In this document: positions 49,388 through 59,384 of the stretch, piece by piece
Numbering within the stretch: position 1 is the first letter of the stretch
How the letters are laid out: each line of letters begins with the position of its first letter
Assembly: GCA_944364015.1 (NCBI GenBank)
Contig: CALVVX010000001.1
Coordinates: 6,357 to 70,356, forward strand
Reading direction: 5' to 3'
DNA from: an uncultured Bacilli bacterium
GTDB taxonomy: Bacteria; Bacillota_I; Bacilli_A; RF39; UBA660
DNA: 64,000 nucleotides
Notes under the pieces: generated by a model
Databases searched by the model: none
What the model was told of the DNA's origin: nothing
What the model saw: the letters and a program-made list of their open reading frames with translations, nothing else
Translations under genes and position numbers: made by a program

Positions 49388-49645
49388 ATGAATAAAAGAA
49401 TAATACAAAGAGTATTAGAAGAAAGTGAATATATGTTAAAGACAAATCAAACAATAAGACAAATAGCAAAAAAATTTAATGTAAGTAAAAGCACAGTACA
49501 TAAGGATTTAAAAGAAAGATTAATTCAAATAGATGTCAATAAATATAAACAAATAAAACAAATTTTACAATTTCACACTGAAATTAGACATATTCGAGGT
49601 GGAGAATCAACAAAACTAAAATTTATGGTAAAAAATGCTAACTAA
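49388..49645 (+). CDS. spoIIID: Stage III sporulation protein D (small HTH transcription factor)
   Basis: IRQIAKKFNVSKSTVHKDLKERL...IRHIRGGESTKLKF closely matches SpoIIID. Confidence 0.85.
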   Translation: MNKRIIQRVLEESEYMLKTNQTIRQIAKKFNVSKSTVHKDLKERLIQIDVNKYKQIKQILQFHTEIRHIRGGESTKLKFMVKNAN

Positions 49646-49687
49646 AAAATAAAATATATGATAAAATAATTAAGGGACGGTGATATC

Positions 49688-50680
49688 ATGTTTAATAAAG
49701 ATATTGGTATAGATTTAGGAACTGCTAATGTATTAATATATATAAAAGGGCAAGGAATAGTATTAAATGAACCAAGTGTAGTAGCAATTGATTCTGATAC
49801 TAAAAGACCACTAGCAGTAGGTTTAGAAGCACATGAGATGTTAGGAAGAACACCAGGTAAAGTAAAAGCAATAAAACCTATGAAAGACGGAGTAATTGCA
49901 GATTTTGAAACAACTGAAGTCATGCTAAATTATTTTATCAAAAAAGTAAATGGAAAAAGTTTTTTTTCCCGTCCAAGAATATTGATATGTTGTCCATCTA
50001 ATATTACCCAAGTAGAGAAAAATGCAATTAAAGAAGCTGCTGAGAGAACAGGGGCAAAAAAAGTATTTTTAGAAGAAGAACCAAAAGTAGCCGCTATAGG
50101 AGCAGGTATGGATATATCAAAACCAAGCGGTAATATGGTAATAGATATTGGAGGAGGAACAACAGATATTGCAATCCTTTCACTAGGAGGAATAGTAAAT
50201 AGCACATCTATTAGAAGAGCAGGAAATGCTTTTGATAATGATATTATAAAATATATAAAAGAAAAATATAAATTACTAGTAGGAGAAAGAACTGCAGAAG
50301 ATATAAAAGTTAGCATTGGAACAGTATTTCCAGGTTTTAGAAACGAAAAAATGGAAGTAAGAGGTAGAGATTTAGTAACAGGATTACCACATACAATAAC
50401 TCTTACATCTGATGAAGTAGAAGAAGCATTAAGAGAAAGCGTATATACAATTATAAAAGCCGCTAAAAATATATTAGAACAAACACCACCAGAACTATCT
50501 GCAGACATAATTGATAAAGGAATAGTCTTAACAGGAGGAGGAGCAATGGTTGAGGGCTTTTCACAACTATTATCACAAGAGTTAAAAGTACCAGTATTTA
50601 TTGCAGAAAGTCCGTTAACATGCGTAGCGGAAGGAACAGGAATATTGCTAGATAATCTTCATTTAATAGATAATCATTAA
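49688..50680 (+). CDS. mreB: Rod-shape determining protein MreB/Mbl family
   Basis: Actin-fold motifs (IGIDLGTANVLIY, DIGGGTTDIAILS, LTGGGA). Confidence 0.9.
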   Translation: MFNKDIGIDLGTANVLIYIKGQGIVLNEPSVVAIDSDTKRPLAVGLEAHEMLGRTPGKVKAIKPMKDGVIADFETTEVMLNYFIKKVNGKSFFSRPRILICCPSNITQVEKNAIKEAAERTGAKKVFLEEEPKVAAIGAGMDISKPSGNMVIDIGGGTTDIAILSLGGIVNSTSIRRAGNAFDNDIIKYIKEKYKLLVGERTAEDIKVSIGTVFPGFRNEKMEVRGRDLVTGLPHTITLTSDEVEEALRESVYTIIKAAKNILEQTPPELSADIIDKGIVLTGGGAMVEGFSQLLSQELKVPVFIAESPLTCVAEGTGILLDNLHLIDNH

Positions 50681-50801
50681 ACTCAAAAACTTTTGAGTTT
50701 TTTATATACATAAATAATGTAAACAAATAAAAAAATAATCCAAAAAATTGAAAATAAAAAATATAAATGATATAATAAACCCATATGCAAAGGAGTATAG
50801 T

Positions 50802-51425
50802 ATGCAAGAAATAATTTTATCAATCATGGAACAATTTGGTTACATAGGAACATTTTTATTAATAACAATAGAAAATGTATTTCCTCCTATTCCATCAGAA
50901 ATAGTATTATTATTTGGTGGATTTATGACTACATATACATCGCTTAATCTATTTCTAATGATAATCGCAGCCACTTTAGGATCATTACTTGGTGCAATAA
51001 TTTTATATTACATTGGAAAAATATTAAATAAAGAAAGACTAAAAAAAATAATATCAGGTAAAATTGGGAAAATATTACATTTAAAAAATGAAGATATAGA
51101 TAAAGCAGATGAATGGTTTGATACTAAAGGAAATAAAACAGTATTTTTCTGTCGTTTTATACCGATAGTAAGAAGCCTAATTTCAATTCCTGCAGGAATG
51201 AGTGAAATGGATATGAAAAAGTTTATCATCTATACCACTGCAGGATCACTTATATGGAATTCAGTCTTATTATATATAGGTAGTAAAGTAGGAGAAAATT
51301 GGACTGATATATTATCAATATTTGATAATTATTCACATATAACATTAATAGTATTAATAATAATATTCGTAGCAGCGTGCATCCTATTTTATGTAAAAAA
51401 AATAAAGAAAGTAAGCAGTAAATAA
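50802..51425 (+). CDS. DedA/SNARE-associated family membrane protein
   Basis: GYIGTFLLITIENVFPPIPSEIVLLFGG motif. Start moved to MQEIIL (SD AAGGAG); an extended -10 TGATATAAT lies at about 50767. Confidence 0.65.
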   Translation: MQEIILSIMEQFGYIGTFLLITIENVFPPIPSEIVLLFGGFMTTYTSLNLFLMIIAATLGSLLGAIILYYIGKILNKERLKKIISGKIGKILHLKNEDIDKADEWFDTKGNKTVFFCRFIPIVRSLISIPAGMSEMDMKKFIIYTTAGSLIWNSVLLYIGSKVGENWTDILSIFDNYSHITLIVLIIIFVAACILFYVKKIKKVSSK

Positions 51426-51578
51426 TAAAAAGCTTGCTTTTTATATTAAAAATGAGAAAAAGCCTGTTAAACAGACTCTTTCATTATAGAAAAATCTATA
51501 TAAACAGTAACTATAACATTACTGTATTAATATTATAAACAAAATAATAAAAAATATACGTAGTAAGGAAGATAATTT

Positions 51579-51995
51579 ATGAAAAATAAAAATTATGCAA
51601 TAAATATAAATAACATTTATTTAGGAAAAGTAGCAAGAATAAATAGAATTTTTGTTGATAATAAAGCAATAAACAAGTATGAAGTTTATAGAAGTATAAT
51701 ATTTACTCCCAATAAAAACAATCAAAGTCAAGATTTATTATATGATACTCCAAATTATCCAATAATAAATATATCAACAAATGAAGCAATGAAATTAAAT
51801 GATAATACACTAGTAGTAATTGAAGCTTTTAGTCTAAAAGAATTATTAAAATATTATAATTATAATGATATTTTAACAATTAATGATATAAAAAAAATAT
51901 ATAAATTTTTACAATTATTAAATATTATAGAAAAAAAGAAAATAAGAAGTTTTAAATTAAAACAAGAAGAAGTAAAAATGATAAAAAAACGTTGA
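51579..51995 (+). CDS. Hypothetical protein
   Basis: ORF only. Confidence 0.25.
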   Translation: MKNKNYAININNIYLGKVARINRIFVDNKAINKYEVYRSIIFTPNKNNQSQDLLYDTPNYPIINISTNEAMKLNDNTLVVIEAFSLKELLKYYNYNDILTINDIKKIYKFLQLLNIIEKKKIRSFKLKQEEVKMIKKR

Positions 51996-52040
51996 TAAGT
52001 ATATTTTTATATGTTATAGTAAAACCATAGGAGTGATATA

Positions 52041-52796
52041 ATGAAAAAACTAAAAATCTATAGTATAATCATAACAGCTATATTAATAATACTTATTGCA
52101 ATAATTTTATATTGGTATTTTTTTAAAGAAAATATAACTACCGAAGAAGCAAAGCAAATAGCACTTAAATATACAGAATTAGCAGAAGAAAATGTAACAT
52201 TTTCACCAATGAAAAAAGATAGTGATGATAGGGAATATGAAATAGAATTTTTTGATAATAATTATGAATATAAAATAAATATAAATTATAATTCAAAAAA
52301 AATAACAAAATTTCAAAAAGATATAAAAGAAAATAACAATTCCAATATTTCTAATAATATACCACTTACAGAAGAAGAAGCAAAGCAAATAGCTTTAAGT
52401 AAAATAAATAAAAAACAAGATGAAATAACATTTACAAAGGTTCAAATAGATAGAGAAAATGGTAAAACAGTTTATGATATTTATATTCAAGATAATATGA
52501 AGAAATATGAAATGAGTATAGATGTAGAGACTAAAGAAATAATTGCATACAAAGAAAATAATAAAAATAGCAATCCTATTGAAAATAAAAAGTACATAGG
52601 AATAGAAAAAGCTAAAGAAATAGTATTAAATCATGCTAAACTTACTAATAATCAAGCAAACTTTAATAAAATAGAACTAGATGTAGATTACAATATAGCA
52701 ACTTATGAAATAGAGTTTTATTATAATTATTATGAATATGATTACGAAATAAATGCATTAACAGGAGAAATAATAAAATATGAAAAAGAAAGATAG
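52041..52796 (+). CDS. Membrane-anchored protein with three PepSY-like repeats
   Basis: N-terminal TM followed by three repeats of the EEAKQIAL...Y(E/D)I(E/Y) form. Confidence 0.5.
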   Translation: MKKLKIYSIIITAILIILIAIILYWYFFKENITTEEAKQIALKYTELAEENVTFSPMKKDSDDREYEIEFFDNNYEYKININYNSKKITKFQKDIKENNNSNISNNIPLTEEEAKQIALSKINKKQDEITFTKVQIDRENGKTVYDIYIQDNMKKYEMSIDVETKEIIAYKENNKNSNPIENKKYIGIEKAKEIVLNHAKLTNNQANFNKIELDVDYNIATYEIEFYYNYYEYDYEINALTGEIIKYEKER

Positions 52797-52855
52797 TTGG
52801 GACTATTTGTCGCAACTTTTTAAATATGATATAATAATGCAAAGGAAGCGATTAG

Positions 52856-55800
52856 ATGGATATAATAAATAGTAATTTTACTTATGAACAACAAAAAGTA
52901 CTTAATTTGTTAAAAATAGAAAATATAGAAAAATTCGAAAAAGAAACAAACTTTTTTTCTCATATTAAAAATAGCGAAGAAGCATTAATACAATATGTAA
53001 TAGATAATTATAGTTATTTAGATAGTAGTTTATCATATAATGATTTTTGTAATTTAATAATATCTTTTATAAATGATACACAAAATTTAAGTATTGATTT
53101 AATAAATGAGAAATTTAGAAGACAACATAAAGAACTATTTATTGATAATAATGCTCCTAATGAGTTAAAAGAAGCTTTCTATCACAATAAAATAACATCA
53201 ACTTTAATACATAATCATAAAGAATATATACCGTATTTAATAGATAAAGACTTAATAAATAAAATGAATATGGATATAAAAATAAATATTCCAATAATTA
53301 AAGGAAATGAAATAACATATGTATCATTAAATTTTATTAGTGAATATATAAACTTATATGGCAACAAAGACTTTTTAGAACTATGTTCTAAATATGGAAA
53401 TATGTTATCAAATTTAGAAATTATAACTAAAGAAAATGAAATATTAGAACAAGAAATAATAGAAAAATTAATTAGAGAATCAATAAGTAAAAAAATAATA
53501 AAAGGTTATTTTTCTTATCAATATTTAGAAAATGTATCTGAATTTGTAGAAGAATATCCAACTTTATTTATAAATTTAAAAGAAATAAAAACAATACCAA
53601 AAAAAGAGCAAGAAAGACTAAATACTGCTTTTTATAAAAGACAATTAACTTTTGAAGATATAAGAAAATATCCAGAGTTAGCCAAACATTTAAAAAATAA
53701 GAACTTATTTATAGCTTTTGGTTTACAAAAAAGAAATGATCAAATAAAATTTGCAAGACAAAGAAGAACTCGTGATTATGTAACTCAAGTACCGAAAGAA
53801 TATAGTGATTTAGAATTATTAGAAGTATACGGAAATGAATTTTTTTTAAAACAGTGTTTAAAATATGGAAGATATTTAGAGGGAATAAGTTTTGAATTAC
53901 ATAAAAATTTATCAATAGAAAATAACAAATATGTAGAAAATAATAAAATTATGACATCAAAAGATATGGATAATATAATAGAAAAAATAATAGAAAAGCA
54001 AATACTATTAGGTAACATTCCATATACAGAAGAAGATATTCCAGTAATTTTTAAAAACAAACATCCTGAATTATTTTTAGACAAAGATGCACCAGAAGAA
54101 TTAAAAAAATACTTTTATAATTATAAAAATAATTATCAAATGAGTTTTAAGTTATTAAACAGAAAAAAAGAATGGATAAAATATATAGAAAATAAATCAA
54201 TAAAAACATCAATATTAAGATCTAATATATTCAAAGATGAAATAATAAAATACTTTTCAACATTCAAAGATAAAGCAATAAAATTAGGAATAGAAAAAGC
54301 AGAAACAGTAACAGAAATGATAGAAATGCGAAAAGTAGAACTAATGAAAAAATGGTATGATAAAACAGGACAAAAGTTTTTACCAGATGTTGTTATAATG
54401 AAAAGTTTTCCAATAGAAGATGCAGATAAATTTTTAGTATCAGCTTCTAATTGGAGTAAAATAACTAGAAATAAAAGATTTTATAAATTATTAGAAACAC
54501 GTGAAGCAATTTTAAAACTTGCATATTCATTTGGAATATTTGATTTTGATAAAAGAGGCATACATGAATTAGATGTATTAATTAACCACTTACCTAAAAC
54601 AATAGAGTCAGAATATGATTATATAATAAAAAGATTAGACCATAATATTAACTTCTTTTCTCATAAAGATGAATTTATAAAACAATCAAAAAATAAAGAA
54701 GAAGCAATGGCAAAAACAATAGAATATTTAAAAAATCCTGATTTTTTAGATAAAAATGAAGCTTCTGGTATTTTAATTTTATTAAAAACAATTCAAGAAG
54801 AAAAATTAAATATAGATTTTTCTAAAGATATAATATCACAAATATATAAGCAAAAAAAAGATGGAAAAAGAGTATTAGCAATATCACAACAAGAATATCC
54901 TAAAATAACTAAATTAATTAGAGAAATACTAGAACAATACATAGAATTACCAATATTAACTCCATTTAAAGCCCATCAACTATTTGGAGGATTTATACTT
55001 AAATATGATCCAGAATTTCGTGAATTTTTATTAAAAAATATTAATGAAATATATAAACATTCAGAATATGCTGGATATATATCAAATATTCAAAGACAAT
55101 TTTCAAGCATAAAAGCTGCTAATAGTAATAGAAGTTTAACATTAGAATTAGCGGTTAGTTATGTACAAAAAAATAAATATACACAAGTAAATACAGGAAA
55201 TGAAAGACTTGCGGAAATATCAGCAATTGCAGGATATTCACAGGAAGATTTTAATGTTTTACAGCAAATATATAATTATGGTAAACAAAGAGTTTTTAGT
55301 AGCATACCTAACATAAAAAAACAGCATAAAGAATATAGTTATGAAATACTTAAATTAGATGATCCACTTGCTTTAGCAGTAGGAACATTAACAGATTGTT
55401 GTCAAGCACTAGGAGACGCTGCAGAACTATGTATGGAACATAGTATGGTAGATAAAAATGGAAGAGTTTTTGTAATAAAAGACAAAGAAAATAATATAAT
55501 TGCTCAAAGTTGGGTATGGAGAAATAAAGAAACTTTATGTTTTGATAACATAGAGATACCTAATAAAGCACTAAAAAGAGCTTCAAAAAATGAAGAAGAT
55601 CTTAATTATGAAATATTTAATTTGTATAAAGAAGCTGCTAGAGAGCTCATAGAATATGATAACAAAATTTATAAAAAGTTATTAGACAAAAGACAAATAA
55701 CACTACAGCAATATAATGGACTAAAATTAAGCAAAGTAACTGTAGGACTTGGATATAATGATATAGCAAAAGTAATAAAAGAAAATACAGAATTAGAAAA

Positions 55801-56407
55801 AGATAAAATATCAAGACCAATATCATTCGAAGCACCGGTAAAATTAGAAAGCTCACTATATATTACAGATTCAAAAACTCAATATATTCTAGCTAAAACA
55901 AAAGAAGAACATGAAAAATATAATGGACGTGAAATAGCAGTTTATAATGATGAATATGCTATATACACAGATAGTAATTTTAACGAAATAAATTTACTAA
56001 CTTTAGAAAAACTAGAAGCAATAACAAAAGAAAAAACTACAAACTTAAATACAAGTTATATAAACAAAGAAAAAAAGATTATTAGCCAGTTAGCACAAAT
56101 ATATAATTTAGATTCTAATGAAACAAGAATAATTATGAATCCAAATTTTGCAATTATATATGAAAAAAGTCAAACAAAAATCAAAATTGCAGATTTATTA
56201 TTCAATATTAAAATAAATACTGATCAACAACAAAAAGATATAGAAAACAAAGTAGCTATGCAAATAAAATTAGCCATAAATCAAATTGCAGATAATAAAA
56301 AGATTGATATTAGTAATCTTAATCAAAATCAACAAAATATGTATAAAAAAGCATTAAATATAGATAAACTAATAGAAGAAGAAAGGGGTATAAAGTATGT
56401 TAGATGA
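52856..56407 (+). CDS. Large (1183 aa) uncharacterised cytoplasmic protein with an internal duplicated segment and a Cys-cluster region
   Basis: Internal repeat: HKELFIDNNAPNELKEAFYHNK versus HPELFLDKDAPEELKKYFYNYK. The C-terminal third has TLTDCCQALGDAAELCMEHSMVD and IAQSWVWRNKETLCFDNIEI. No TM segments. Confidence 0.4.
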   Translation: MDIINSNFTYEQQKVLNLLKIENIEKFEKETNFFSHIKNSEEALIQYVIDNYSYLDSSLSYNDFCNLIISFINDTQNLSIDLINEKFRRQHKELFIDNNAPNELKEAFYHNKITSTLIHNHKEYIPYLIDKDLINKMNMDIKINIPIIKGNEITYVSLNFISEYINLYGNKDFLELCSKYGNMLSNLEIITKENEILEQEIIEKLIRESISKKIIKGYFSYQYLENVSEFVEEYPTLFINLKEIKTIPKKEQERLNTAFYKRQLTFEDIRKYPELAKHLKNKNLFIAFGLQKRNDQIKFARQRRTRDYVTQVPKEYSDLELLEVYGNEFFLKQCLKYGRYLEGISFELHKNLSIENNKYVENNKIMTSKDMDNIIEKIIEKQILLGNIPYTEEDIPVIFKNKHPELFLDKDAPEELKKYFYNYKNNYQMSFKLLNRKKEWIKYIENKSIKTSILRSNIFKDEIIKYFSTFKDKAIKLGIEKAETVTEMIEMRKVELMKKWYDKTGQKFLPDVVIMKSFPIEDADKFLVSASNWSKITRNKRFYKLLETREAILKLAYSFGIFDFDKRGIHELDVLINHLPKTIESEYDYIIKRLDHNINFFSHKDEFIKQSKNKEEAMAKTIEYLKNPDFLDKNEASGILILLKTIQEEKLNIDFSKDIISQIYKQKKDGKRVLAISQQEYPKITKLIREILEQYIELPILTPFKAHQLFGGFILKYDPEFREFLLKNINEIYKHSEYAGYISNIQRQFSSIKAANSNRSLTLELAVSYVQKNKYTQVNTGNERLAEISAIAGYSQEDFNVLQQIYNYGKQRVFSSIPNIKKQHKEYSYEILKLDDPLALAVGTLTDCCQALGDAAELCMEHSMVDKNGRVFVIKDKENNIIAQSWVWRNKETLCFDNIEIPNKALKRASKNEEDLNYEIFNLYKEAARELIEYDNKIYKKLLDKRQITLQQYNGLKLSKVTVGLGYNDIAKVIKENTELEKDKISRPISFEAPVKLESSLYITDSKTQYILAKTKEEHEKYNGREIAVYNDEYAIYTDSNFNEINLLTLEKLEAITKEKTTNLNTSYINKEKKIISQLAQIYNLDSNETRIIMNPNFAIIYEKSQTKIKIADLLFNIKINTDQQQKDIENKVAMQIKLAINQIADNKKIDISNLNQNQQNMYKKALNIDKLIEEERGIKYVR

Positions 56408-57353
56408 AATAATGAATCAAGCATTATTAATAGATAAAACTAATTTAACTAATCCCAAAGAAATATTATATGTTTTTAAAGAAGAAATTAATAAAAATCA
56501 ACAAATATTATTACAAGCAAATAAAATAGATAATAAAAACAACAATGGGTATTTAATAGATTTTGATGTAATAAATAAAATATTAACAAGAATTGAGAAA
56601 GAACAAATATTTTACAGACAAGTAATATTATCACAAAAAGATGAAGATAAGAAAATAATATATGGAAAAGAAATATTTGACCAAGGAAATGTAATAGTAA
56701 TAAATGATGGTAATACATATGCAATAATAGAAATGATAGCTAGAAATATACTCGCTGCTAATACAACAATATTTGTAAATGATGGTTATATGTATGGGGT
56801 TAATAATTTAATAATTGAATTAATTCAAGCAATATTAGAAAAAAACAATATATCAAAAAATTTAATTCAAATGTGTATTACAACAAACTATGAAAAAGTA
56901 TTATCCAATTATGCAAATATTGACTTAATCGTATGTATAGGTAATCAAAATTTACAAAGAGAAGTTTTAAATAAAAGTAAAAATAAAATAATACTAAGTG
57001 GGTATGAAAACTTTGAACTATATATTGAAGATACAGCAAATTTAGATTTTATAAATAAAATAATAAAAACACAATTAAATATAGATATATATATTAATAA
57101 AAGTATCAATTTAGATATAGAAAATGCTATTTATGTAGATAATATAGATGAAGCAATATCTAAAATAAATTACACATCTGCTAGATACAGTAGTGCTATA
57201 TTTACAAATTCAAAAGAAAATGCAATAAAGTTTATTCAAAACATAAAATCAAGTACAACAACTATAAATACTAGTCCCACTATTGAAAGAATATTAGATA
57301 TAAAACAAGAAGATCTAATAAAAGAAAAAACAATTATATATCCAATTAAATAG
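56397..57353 (+). CDS. Truncated/divergent aldehyde-dehydrogenase-fold protein
   Basis: Overlaps the stop of the large gene by 11 nt. C-terminal DEAISKINYTSARYSSAIFTNSKENAIKF resembles the ALDH [DE]EAI..N...YGL.A.VFT block. Only 318 aa, with no obvious catalytic Cys context. Confidence 0.3.
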   Translation: MLDEIMNQALLIDKTNLTNPKEILYVFKEEINKNQQILLQANKIDNKNNNGYLIDFDVINKILTRIEKEQIFYRQVILSQKDEDKKIIYGKEIFDQGNVIVINDGNTYAIIEMIARNILAANTTIFVNDGYMYGVNNLIIELIQAILEKNNISKNLIQMCITTNYEKVLSNYANIDLIVCIGNQNLQREVLNKSKNKIILSGYENFELYIEDTANLDFINKIIKTQLNIDIYINKSINLDIENAIYVDNIDEAISKINYTSARYSSAIFTNSKENAIKFIQNIKSSTTTINTSPTIERILDIKQEDLIKEKTIIYPIK

Positions 57354-57366
57354 GAAGTGAGTAAGA

Positions 57367-57879
57367 ATGTTATACATAAAAACATATAATTCCCCACTAG
57401 GAATAATTTATATGAAAAGTGATGGAGAATATTTAACAGAATTATCTTTTAAAGTAGAAAAAGAAAATAACTATATAAATAAAGATTTAAAAATCTTTAA
57501 AGAAACAAGTAAATGGTTAGATTTATATTTCAGTGGTAAAGAACCGAAATTTAGACCAAAATATAAAATTCAAAATCTAACACCATTTAGAAAAAAAGTA
57601 ATAAATATTATAAATGAAATACCATATGGAAAAACCATAACTTATGGTGATATAGCAAAGAAAATAGATAATAATAAAAAATTATCTGCTCAAGCAGTAG
57701 GACAAGCAGTTGGATTTAATCCAATTTGTATTATAATACCATGTCATAGAGTAGTAGGAAAAAACAACAATTTAACTGGTTATAAATATGGAATAAGTAA
57801 AAAAATAAAATTATTAGAATTAGAAAATCATAATATAGAAAAATTTAAAATACCAAAAAAGGAAGTGTCTAATGAATAG
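57367..57879 (+). CDS. ogt: Methylated-DNA--protein-cysteine methyltransferase
   Basis: Active-site PCHRVV and an HTH segment. Confidence 0.8.
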   Translation: MLYIKTYNSPLGIIYMKSDGEYLTELSFKVEKENNYINKDLKIFKETSKWLDLYFSGKEPKFRPKYKIQNLTPFRKKVINIINEIPYGKTITYGDIAKKIDNNKKLSAQAVGQAVGFNPICIIIPCHRVVGKNNNLTGYKYGISKKIKLLELENHNIEKFKIPKKEVSNE

Positions 57880-58426
57880 ATGTAAATGGTGTAACTTAAA
57901 AAATCCAAAATATATAAAGTATCATGATAATGAATGGGGAAAATTAAATTTAGAAGACAAATATTTATTTGAAATGTTAATTTTAGAATCGTTTCAAGCA
58001 GGCTTATCATGGGAATGTATATTAAATAAAAGAGATGATTTTAGAGAAGCTTATGATAAATTTAATATAGATAAAATTTGTAATTATAATGAAAATAAAA
58101 TAAAAGAATTGTTAGAAAACGAAAAAATAATACGTAATAAATTAAAAATAGAAGCAAGTATAAATAATGCTAAAATATTTAAAAAAATTGTAAAAGAATA
58201 CAAAACATTTCACAATTATTTAAAACAATTTAGTAATGATGAAATAATTTATGAAATAAATAAAACTACGAATGATTTATCAGACACAATATCAAAAGAT
58301 TTAAAAAAAAGAGGAATGAAATTTGTTGGAAGTACAACTATATATGCATATTTACAAGCAATAGGAATAATAAATTCTCATGAAAAAGATTGTTTCTTAT
58401 ATTCAAACAAAGATACAAAACAATAA
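57872..58426 (+). CDS. tag: DNA-3-methyladenine glycosylase I
   Basis: CKWCNLKNPKYIKYHDNEWG...ESFQAGLSWECIL (zinc-binding Tag). Confidence 0.8.
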   Translation: MNRCKWCNLKNPKYIKYHDNEWGKLNLEDKYLFEMLILESFQAGLSWECILNKRDDFREAYDKFNIDKICNYNENKIKELLENEKIIRNKLKIEASINNAKIFKKIVKEYKTFHNYLKQFSNDEIIYEINKTTNDLSDTISKDLKKRGMKFVGSTTIYAYLQAIGIINSHEKDCFLYSNKDTKQ

Positions 58427-58448
58427 TAAAGCATATAGCATTTTATTA

Positions 58449-59318
58449 TTACTTTGTATCTTTTATATCATCATGATAAAAATAATTAACTACAATAGGA
58501 TTATTACAAAAATCTCTATCGAAAACATTATTATCTTTAACATATAATAATTTTTCTCTATCACAAAAATCTTTAATTTCTTTGTCAAGTTTTTTCCAAT
58601 AATCAACCTTATTATCAATATAAATTTCTTTATATAAATTATACAAGTGAGGATAATAATTAGTTATATAATTTAATATTTTTAACTTAAAATCATCCCT
58701 TAAATTAAGCTTTTCAAGCCATATAGTATTACAGCAATATCTACATTTTTTAATAATTGCAATAACATCAGTAATACCAGGAAAAATTGGAGAAATAAAA
58801 CAAGTAGTTTTAATTTTCTCATCATAAAACGTCTTCATACAAGAAATTCTTCTTTCAATAGAAACAGCATTATCCATTTCTTTTCTAAAATCTTCATCTA
58901 ATGTATTAATAGACCAAGAAACATTAATATTTTTAAATTGTTTAATTAAATTTAAGTCTCTTAATATTAAATCAGATTTAGTAGAAATATTTACATTTAT
59001 ATCAAAATCTTTAATTTCTTCTAAAAAAGCTTTAGTTCTTTCATATCTTAACTCAATAGGTTGATAAGGATCAGTAACAGAACCAATAAAAATAGATTTT
59101 TTATTATATTTTTTAAAAATTTTAATTGGATTCCAAAATTTAACATCAACAAACTCTCCCCATTCTTCTGAATGACCAGTGAACTTTTTCATAAAAGAAG
59201 CATAACAATATTTACATCCATGTAAACAGCCAATATAAGGATTGACTGCATAATCATAAGCTAATAAATTTGATTTTGAAATAATGTTCTTAACTTCTAT
59301 TTCTTTTATATTATTCAT
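58449..59318 (-). CDS. Radical SAM protein, SplB-like DNA-repair photolyase family
   Basis: CLHGCKYC (a Cx3Cx2C radical-SAM cluster motif) near the N-terminus. Size and neighbours suggest a COG1533-type protein. Confidence 0.55.
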   Translation of the reverse strand: MNNIKEIEVKNIISKSNLLAYDYAVNPYIGCLHGCKYCYASFMKKFTGHSEEWGEFVDVKFWNPIKIFKKYNKKSIFIGSVTDPYQPIELRYERTKAFLEEIKDFDINVNISTKSDLILRDLNLIKQFKNINVSWSINTLDEDFRKEMDNAVSIERRISCMKTFYDEKIKTTCFISPIFPGITDVIAIIKKCRYCCNTIWLEKLNLRDDFKLKILNYITNYYPHLYNLYKEIYIDNKVDYWKKLDKEIKDFCDREKLLYVKDNNVFDRDFCNNPIVVNYFYHDDIKDTK

Positions 59319-59384
59319 AGATCCTCCTTAAACCTCGTAATAATTATGAATATTATGTGGTCTTAATTTAGTAATTATAGAATT

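Noticed and set aside
51426-51578. Possible terminator hairpins after dedA (AAAAGCTTGCTTTTT and CTGTTAAACAG)
   Set aside because: Stems of only 3-5 bp with poor loops, not convincing as intrinsic terminators.
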